Under the pieces are notes generated by a model. It searched no databases and had not been told where the DNA came from. It worked only from the letters and a program-made list of their open reading frames with translations. A stretch of 64,000 nucleotides of DNA from Eledone cirrhosa (lineage: Eukaryota), in assembly GCA_964016885.1 (NCBI GenBank), contig OZ024765.1, positions 9,858,001 to 9,922,000 of the forward strand, given 5' to 3'. Below, piece after piece: positions 55,902 through 64,000 of this stretch (position 1 is its first letter; each line of letters starts with the position of its first letter). The translations under genes and the position numbers were made by a program.

Positions 55902-56634
55902 GTGTGTGTGTGTGAGTATAAACATGTTTCTCTGTATGTCTGTAACCCTGTATCTCTCTCTCTCTCTCCCTCTCTCACTCCCCCCCTCTCTCTCTACTAG
56001 CCACAGGTACCCCCTCCGCCAACTTCATCTGTCAATCAAGAATTCTTGAAAAACAAAATGGAAAAAAGCAAAAAAAAAAAAAAAAAATTACAAAAAACCC
56101 ACGAACAGTCAAAATAACAAAATAAACCAAAAAAATTCCAATTAACTCATCCCCCCTCCCCCCTCATGTATCACATGGATTATCCAACTCTAATCAAGGT
56201 GGTTTACCTGTAATCAAGGCGGTGGCTTGTAATCTTTTTTGATCTCTCCCAGGTAATGATAGCAAGTGTTACCACGTTACGGTCGGATTGGATTAGATTT
56301 TTTACTGCTGCTGTTGTTGTTGTTGTTGTTGTTGTTGTTGAGCCTCCGTCGTTTCGCACGATGATCGATACAGTTGGTTCAAGCAACAGAAAACAGACTC
56401 ACACAGACACACATATACATACACACACACATATATATATACATATTTATATATATATATATACATATATATATACACATTTACATATATATATATACAC
56501 ATTTACATATATATGTATATATACATACATATATATATACACATTTACATATATATGTATATATACATATATATATATATACACATTTATATTTATATAT
56601 ATATACCTATATATATATACCTATATATATACAC

Positions 56635-56672
<38 letters not shown>

Positions 56673-57054
56673 ATTAGAATTGGTGCTCTGAAATAGCGAT
56701 ATATATATGAATGTATATACAGTGTATTTCGCAATACACTGTATGCTTAATTAAAAGCATTTTGAAGACATTACACTATTGTTTTAGAGTAGTGACAGTC
56801 TCACTTACTTTAAATTTTCAGCAAACAGGGGAGATAAAGCTGACAGAGCTCTGTTTCGTACTATTTGGTAATTATCAAAGCCAAGTACTCCACCTGTTTG
56901 CTGAAAATCATGAATGTTTGATTCTTATAGAATTCTAGTAATAATCAAGAACTGATTATACAGAGCGGTTGCCGGTCAAGCAGAAATTGAAAATTATATA
57001 TATATATATGTATGTATATATATATATACATATACACATTTATATATATACATA

Positions 57055-57183
57055 TAACGAAGGAATTGTGGTAAGGAACCAAATGGACCATAACGCACCA
57101 GAGTACTCAACACTTAGTGTAGTAGAGTGGACTAGAAATAGCCGTCGAAACGGCTTGTCTCTGCCGTCGGGTCATACATTTCA
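57055..57183. mobile_element. Family B insert (rearranged)
   Basis: Inverted 3' region plus forward GAAACGGC...GCCGTCGGGTC. Confidence 0.75.
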
Positions 57184-57203
57184 TATATATATATATACAT
57201 ATA

Positions 57204-57411
<208 letters not shown>

Positions 57412-57418
57412 CATATAC

Positions 57419-57469
<51 letters not shown>

Positions 57470-57470
57470 C

Positions 57471-57681
<211 letters not shown>

Positions 57682-58240
57682 CATACATATATATATATAT
57701 ACAAACATATATATATATATATACAAACATATATATATATATACATACATACAAACATATATATATATATATATATATACATACATACAAACATATATAT
57801 ATATACATACATACAAACATATATATATATATATACATACATACAAACATATATATATATAAATACATACATACAAACATATATATATATATATATATAC
57901 ATACATACAAACATATATATATATATACATACATATATATATATATAATATATATATATATATATCCCAACTGCCATATTACATTTCAATTAATTCACTG
58001 AGACCAGACGACATTGTGTGATTAAATGTCTTAGATTGACAACAGACATCACTGCATCGCCTGATCTCTTCAACGTCGGATTGTGTGTGTGTATATATAT
58101 ATAATGCATATATACATTATACATACACATGTATAAATGCATGCAAGCACATATGCATGCATGTATGTGTGTGTATATATATGCACACACACGTACATAC
58201 ACACCTGCATGTGTGTATGTATCATATATATATATATATA

Positions 58241-58552
58241 TAACGAAGGAAATGTGGTAAGGAACCAGGTGGACCATAAAGCACTAAAGTACTCAATACT
58301 TGGGGTAGTAGAGTGGGTAATAGGAACCAGTAAGACCCCGACGGCTGAGCTCAAGCCGTTTCGACGGCTAATTCTGGACTGAATTAGCCGTCGAAACGGC
58401 TTGAGCTCAGCCGTCGGGGTCTTACTGGTTCCTATATATATATATATATATATATATGAAAAAGTATGACCCCTATTTCCCACTCTACTACCCTAAGTAT
58501 TGAGTACTCTGGTGCGTTATGGTCCATCTGGTTCCTTACCACAATTCCTTTG

Positions 58553-58554
<2 letters not shown>
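58241..58554. mobile_element. Two family B inserts (58241-58433 fold-back, and 58457-58554)
   Basis: Palindrome 58320-58433 centred on stem II. Confidence 0.8.
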
Positions 58555-58611
<57 letters not shown>

Positions 58612-58764
58612 TGATCGAGCTGTCCGCCAGCGAAACAATTCTAACACACAATAAACATTATTGTGTTCTTTTTTATTTGTCATCATTTGCCCTTGGTATT
58701 TTTCTACCACATTGTACCGGCTTTTTGAAAATATCAATCCTTTATGACACACACACACACAGAG

Positions 58765-58832
<68 letters not shown>

Positions 58833-59107
58833 GGTTATGCACGAGTGCATTAAGGTTTTCCAGGACACAGTGTTATGTACCGTGTAGGGGAAGGTCAGCT
58901 TACAACAGAGTGGTGCTCAACGAAATGCAGAAAATAGGTGTATATTCCAGTTTAGCTATACTTCGGGGCGTGTATAAAGAATTAAAAAGAACAGAAAGAT
59001 GCAGTAAAAGAGATTTATTCGATTCTAACGTACGTTTCAATAGACATCAATTTGCCTAGATCTCGCTGCATCTATAATATTATATAGTTAGTAGAGCATT
59101 ATATATA

Positions 59108-59330
59108 CAGGGTGTCCCCCAAAAAACGTATATACATTTTTTTTAAGCATTAAAATAAATTCTGTTTTATATGCATTAACAATTATTTAAATTATGTAAA
59201 CATTTTGGGTCTTTACATACAACTGAATTATGTCTGTAGATGATTTTATTTTGGGGAAAGGCTGTACATTCTAATAAATATTGCATGTAGAGGTAATCAA
59301 AGTGTGTATATATTTTTGGGGAACACCCTT
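59108..59330. mobile_element. Tc1/mariner-type MITE, longer relative of 20843-20940
   Basis: TA-CAGGGTGTCCCCC...GGGGAACACCCT, with a shared internal segment in opposite orientation. Confidence 0.7.
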
Positions 59331-59420
59331 ATATATATATTTACCCACTCTACTACCCTAAGTATTGAGTACTCTGGTGCGTTATGGTCCATCTGGTTCC
59401 TTACCACACCTCCTTCGTTT

Positions 59421-59451
<31 letters not shown>

Positions 59452-59633
59452 AGATCAAAAGATGGTTAAAGGAGTTCCATGTATTTTATTATGCGCATTT
59501 CAAAAACAAACATCATCATGCAATAATATTTGTGTTTTCATCAGATAAAACAGGAGAACAGTCCTACAAACTGTAGAGTGCTTCTTATCCGATATCTGCA
59601 TTGCTTTATTGTATTACAATAAAACTCACCTCC

Positions 59634-59704
<71 letters not shown>

Positions 59705-59881
59705 TTTTCAAAATTAAATGTGAGATGGAGAGTTTGAAAAGCATAAGAACTGTGAAACCAGGTAAAGGTAATAAATAAATATTCTAAATAAATAAATAGA
59801 TATTCTTAAAAAGATTCCAGTTGCATTTTCGATTTATTTTCCTTACACACAGACACATACATGTATATAAATATATATATA

Positions 59882-60000
59882 TATTCCGATGAAATGACAG
59901 TTGATAATAACATTGAAATATTGAATGTCTACATAACTAATACTTTGTAGATAGCAGCTGTTTTCAGGTTATGTAACTGTTATAGAAACACGTGTCAATA
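59882..60000 (+). ncRNA. Hammerhead-like motif with long stem II (U4C core)
   Basis: TATT-CCGATGA-A-ATGACAGTT...AACTGTTAT-A-GAAA-CACGTG-TC/AATA(AA). Confidence 0.65.
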
Positions 60001-60036
60001 AATTCCTTCTTAACTAAACTGTATCCATTAAAATCC

Positions 60037-60086
<50 letters not shown>

Positions 60087-60275
60087 ACACAACAGTTAGT
60101 TCACCATACTGAGAACAATTGTCTCTGGGTATCGTGAACTAACTGTTGTGTTACTACTTCTACCAAACTCGTCCTCCTATGGACTGAGTACTTTACCACT
60201 ACCGATATTACCTTCCAGTGTTCTAGCCCTCTCTCTCTCTCTCTGAAAAACCACAGACCCTCCATCTCGAGTCTA

Positions 60276-60311
60276 CTTTTGAAAAGCAGAAGAACTGCGA
60301 AACCGGTAAAG
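60276..60311 (+). ncRNA. Hammerhead ribozyme, family K (U3-A8 core, best copy)
   Basis: CTT-TTGAAAA-GCAG-AAGAA-CTGC-GAAA-CCGG-TA/AAG, then AATAAA. Other copies lie at 24870, 59732 and 46393 (minus). Confidence 0.65.
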
Positions 60312-60886
60312 GAACCAAATAAATTTTTTTTTTTTTTAAATAAGACTCCAGCTGCATTTTCGATTTCATCTTTTTTTTCTTTATACTTTCACTCGGTTAT
60401 TTTTCATTTTGTAAAAAAAACCCTCACTTTCTAATAAATATATATATTGCATTCGGTCTCCGCGCAATGGTCCAGGTCAATCAAAAATTTTTTCCTGAGT
60501 CCAACCATTTTCGTTGCTATGGCAATGCGGCTGGACAGCCGATCGCTATATTTGATTTGCAAAGCTGTCTAAACGTATTGTTATTACTCTGGGGTACTAT
60601 TCTCTATCGAGTGCTAAAGCTACATTCCGAAATTGCATTCGTTAGCTTAGCCGCAGCCTAAAGCTTCGTTAATGCTGTACTAAAATTTGTATATATATAT
60701 ATAGTATTAATTATACTATTTATGGTTATGTAAATACAAAAACCTTTTGCAGTTATATATATTTTTTTATACAAACCTTAAATAGTGGTAGGCAGTAATA
60801 TATTACTACCTTATTACCAGTAAGTTAAGTAGCTCAATGTAAATGGGTGAAAAGGAGGTCATATAACTGTTCATTCATTAATAAAT

Positions 60887-60933
60887 TGCTCCGAAGAATC
60901 CAAACCTCGGTTTGGAGGAAACAGTTGTAAGCA
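60887..60933 (+). ncRNA. Hammerhead-like motif (U4C core)
   Basis: TGCT-CCGAAGA-A-TCCAAAC-CTCG-GTTTGGA-G-GAAA-CAGTTG-TA/AGCA. Confidence 0.7.
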
Positions 60934-60964
60934 CAAAAATGTTTTGAACAGTTCTTTGATTCTT

Positions 60965-61023
<59 letters not shown>

Positions 61024-61123
61024 TTAATTATACTATTTATGCTTATGCAAATACAAAAACCTTTTGCAGTTATATATATTTTTATAAACATCAGTTATAT
61101 GAACAGTTCTTTGATTCTTATAA

Positions 61124-61159
<36 letters not shown>

Positions 61160-61162
<3 letters not shown>

Positions 61163-61339
61163 CGAAGGAAATGTGGTAAGGAACCAGATGGACCATAACG
61201 CACCAAAGTACTCAATACTTAGGGTAGTTAGTAGAGTGGGTAATAGGAACAAGTATGACCCCGACGGCAGAGCTCAAGCCGTTTCGAATTACCCGCCGAA
61301 ACGGCTTGAGCTCTGCCGTCGGGGTCATACTTGTTCCTA
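61160..61339 (-). mobile_element. Family B fold-back insert
   Basis: Palindrome about 61243-61339 with centre AATTACCCGC. Confidence 0.8.
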
Positions 61340-61510
61340 TATATATATATATATATATATATAGATATCATACCATCATTATATACGTTTATTGATTGCT
61401 TTCCTGCTTTCCTTATGCCTTTTATATCTTTATATCTTTTATATCTTTACATCTCAGCATGGTTTTGAATATGGATACGTTTCTCTAAATAATATTAACT
61501 GATTTAATAT

Positions 61511-61998
61511 TTGTGTCTACTTTAGGCACAAGGCCAGCAATTACCCAGTTCATTACTGGTACTTTTATTTTATCGACCCCGTAAGGATGAAAGGCAAAGT
61601 CAACCTCGGCGGGATTTGAACTCAGACCGTAAAGGGACGTAACTATGCTGGAAAGCATGGCGTCCGACCCTCTACCGATACTGCCAATCCTTTAATACTA
61701 AACTGTATTTACATGATATATTCCATAAATAAATGTTTTGTCATTAGTGAAATGGATAGAAGTGACAGAGTTCTTTGACAGGAACGCCACATATATTATC
61801 TGACATATATACTTGTTTCTACTTTTGGTACAGGGCCAGCAATTGTCCCAGTGCATTACTGGTACTTTATTTTATCGACCCCCGTAAGGATGAAAGGCAA
61901 AGTTAACCTCGGCGGGTTTTGAACTCAGATCGTAAAGGGCCGTAACTCTGTGCTGAAAAGCATGGCGTCCGATCCTCTACTGATACTGCCAATTCAAC
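61511..61998 (-). mobile_element. Two S1 SINEs (61511-61690 and 61813-61998)
   Basis: Reverse-complement head, B-box and core. Confidence 0.85.
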
Positions 61999-62094
61999 CC
62001 TCCTAAACAGACATATATAATGGCCGATTGAACACACGAGCTTTTTTCTCGTATTTGTCACTTCTAATTTTCTATTCTTATATTTCTCGTTCTA

Positions 62095-62130
62095 CCTTTT
62101 GACAAAGGACTGGTGTCCGAAATGTTAAAG
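62095..62130 (+). ncRNA. Family G-like hammerhead with TTGACAA core
   Basis: CCTT-TTGACAA-AGGAC-TGGT-GTCC-GAAA-TG-TT/AAAG. Confidence 0.45.
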
Positions 62131-62219
62131 TTCTTTTCCTACTATATCAAGCGTTAAACTAATATATTTCTTCGTTGTATCGTATTGTTTGCTTTGTTGT
62201 TTCCTTTTACTTTTCACAC

Positions 62220-62250
<31 letters not shown>

Positions 62251-62505
62251 GAGAGAGAGAGATAGAGGGGAGGAGAGAGAGAGATAGAGGGGAGGAGAGA
62301 GAGAGATAGAGGGGAGGAGAGAGAGAGGGGAGAGAAAGAGAGTGAATATGGAGAGGGGGTGGGGAAATGAAGTGGATGCGGTACCATAAATAGCTGGAAG
62401 GTAAATAGACATCAAAGAGTTTGGAGCTTGGAAAAGGAGGAAAGAAGTAGATAGAGAGATAAATATAGCCGCGTGGATGGATATATATATATATATAATA
62501 TATAT

Positions 62506-62553
<48 letters not shown>

Positions 62554-62599
62554 CATGATAAATACAAAGTCCAGAATCCGGAGAGGACTTGATAAGGGT

Positions 62600-62658
<59 letters not shown>

Positions 62659-62662
62659 AAAC

Positions 62663-62693
<31 letters not shown>

Positions 62694-62703
62694 TATGTAT
62701 GTG

Positions 62704-62735
<32 letters not shown>

Positions 62736-62788
62736 ATTTGAACGCATATATGTATATATCTGAGCTTGTCTCTCTTTATTATATTATA

Positions 62789-62973
62789 GTGGATTGGCAG
62801 AATCGGTAGAGGGTCGGACGCCATGCTTTGACGCATAGAGTTACGGCCCTTTCCATTCTGAGTTCAAATCCCGCGGAGGTTAACTTTGCCTTTCATCCTT
62901 ACGGCGTCGATAAAATAAAGTACCAGTAATGCACTGGGTAATTGCTGGCCTTGTGCCTAAAGTAGAAACAATT
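62789..62973 (+). mobile_element. SINE family S1
   Basis: Head, B-box, core and 3' end. Confidence 0.85.
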
Positions 62974-63012
62974 ATATTATATTACATATACGTATATGTA
63001 TATATATGTATG

Positions 63013-63063
<51 letters not shown>

Positions 63064-63080
63064 GTATATATATATATATA

Positions 63081-63236
63081 TAACGAAGGAAATGTGGTAA
63101 GGAACCAGATGGACCATAACGCACCAAAGTACTCAATACTTAGGGTAGTAGAGTGGGTAACAGGATAAAAATGTTCATTTAGTCCAGAATTAGCCGTCGA
63201 AACGGCTTGAGCTCAGCCGTCGGGGTCCTACTCGTT

Positions 63237-63240
<4 letters not shown>
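63081..63240. mobile_element. Family B insert (rearranged)
   Basis: Inverted 3' region plus forward AGTCCAGAATTAGCCGTCGAAACGGC. Confidence 0.8.
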
Positions 63241-63279
<39 letters not shown>

Positions 63280-63280
63280 G

Positions 63281-63343
<63 letters not shown>

Positions 63344-63948
63344 GTATATATATATGTATACATATACATATATACATATATATGTATATATATATATATG
63401 TATATATATATGTATACATATACATATATATATACATATATATGTATATATATATGTATACATATACATATATATATACATATATATATACATATATATA
63501 TGTATATATATACATATATATATACATATATATATACATATATATATGTATATATATACATATATATATACATATATATATATATACATATATATATGTA
63601 TATATATACATATATATATACATATATATAAATATATATATACATATATATATACATATATATATACATATATATATACATATATATATACATATATATA
63701 TACATATATATATACATATATATATACATATATATATACATATATATATGTATATATATACATATATATATACATATATATACATATATATATACATATA
63801 TATATATACATATATATATACATATATATATACATATATATATATACATATATATATACATATATATATACATATATATATACATATATATACATATATA
63901 TATACATATATATATGTATATATATATATGTATATATATACATATCTA

Positions 63949-64000
<52 letters not shown>

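Noticed and set aside
56200-56390. Possible minus-strand exon with poly-Q/poly-T
   Set aside because: It is a (CAA)n microsatellite with no convincing acceptor or homology.
58611-59070. Extra hammerhead remnants (58611-58655, and 59013-59045 minus)
   Set aside because: Only GAAAC...UH plus AATAAA halves or a broken core are present, too degenerate to call.

Overview
This is an AT-rich eukaryotic window dominated by microsatellites. The SINE families and repeat landscape suggest an octopod cephalopod, which is an inference. No host protein-coding gene can be supported, and almost all supplied ORFs are translations of (TA)n, (CA)n or (ACC)n. The only real protein remnants are LINE fragments: a CR1-like 3' end, RTE-like C-termini (one with a twin-priming-type inversion, one amplified into a 107-bp satellite) and an RTE-like 5' end. 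Other repeats include about 20 copies of one tRNA-derived SINE, a second CORE-like SINE type, Tc1/mariner-type MITEs, Helitron-like ends and several minisatellites. The main signal is that the short unique-looking islands inside (TA)n tracts belong to about 15 unrelated families with a shared layout. Each has a type I hammerhead ribozyme (CUGANGA...GAAA...UH, often with a minimal palindromic stem III), an AATAAA/ATTAAA just downstream and, in about 9 families, a bulged hairpin RCTC-[stem-loop]-(1-2 nt)-GAGY. Many copies are fold-back palindromes. This fits (TA)n-targeting Penelope-like retroelement pLTR remnants or retrozyme-like elements. Several families carry non-canonical hammerhead cores (U4A, U4C, U3-A8). 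All structures were paired by eye, and coordinates of repeat ends are approximate.
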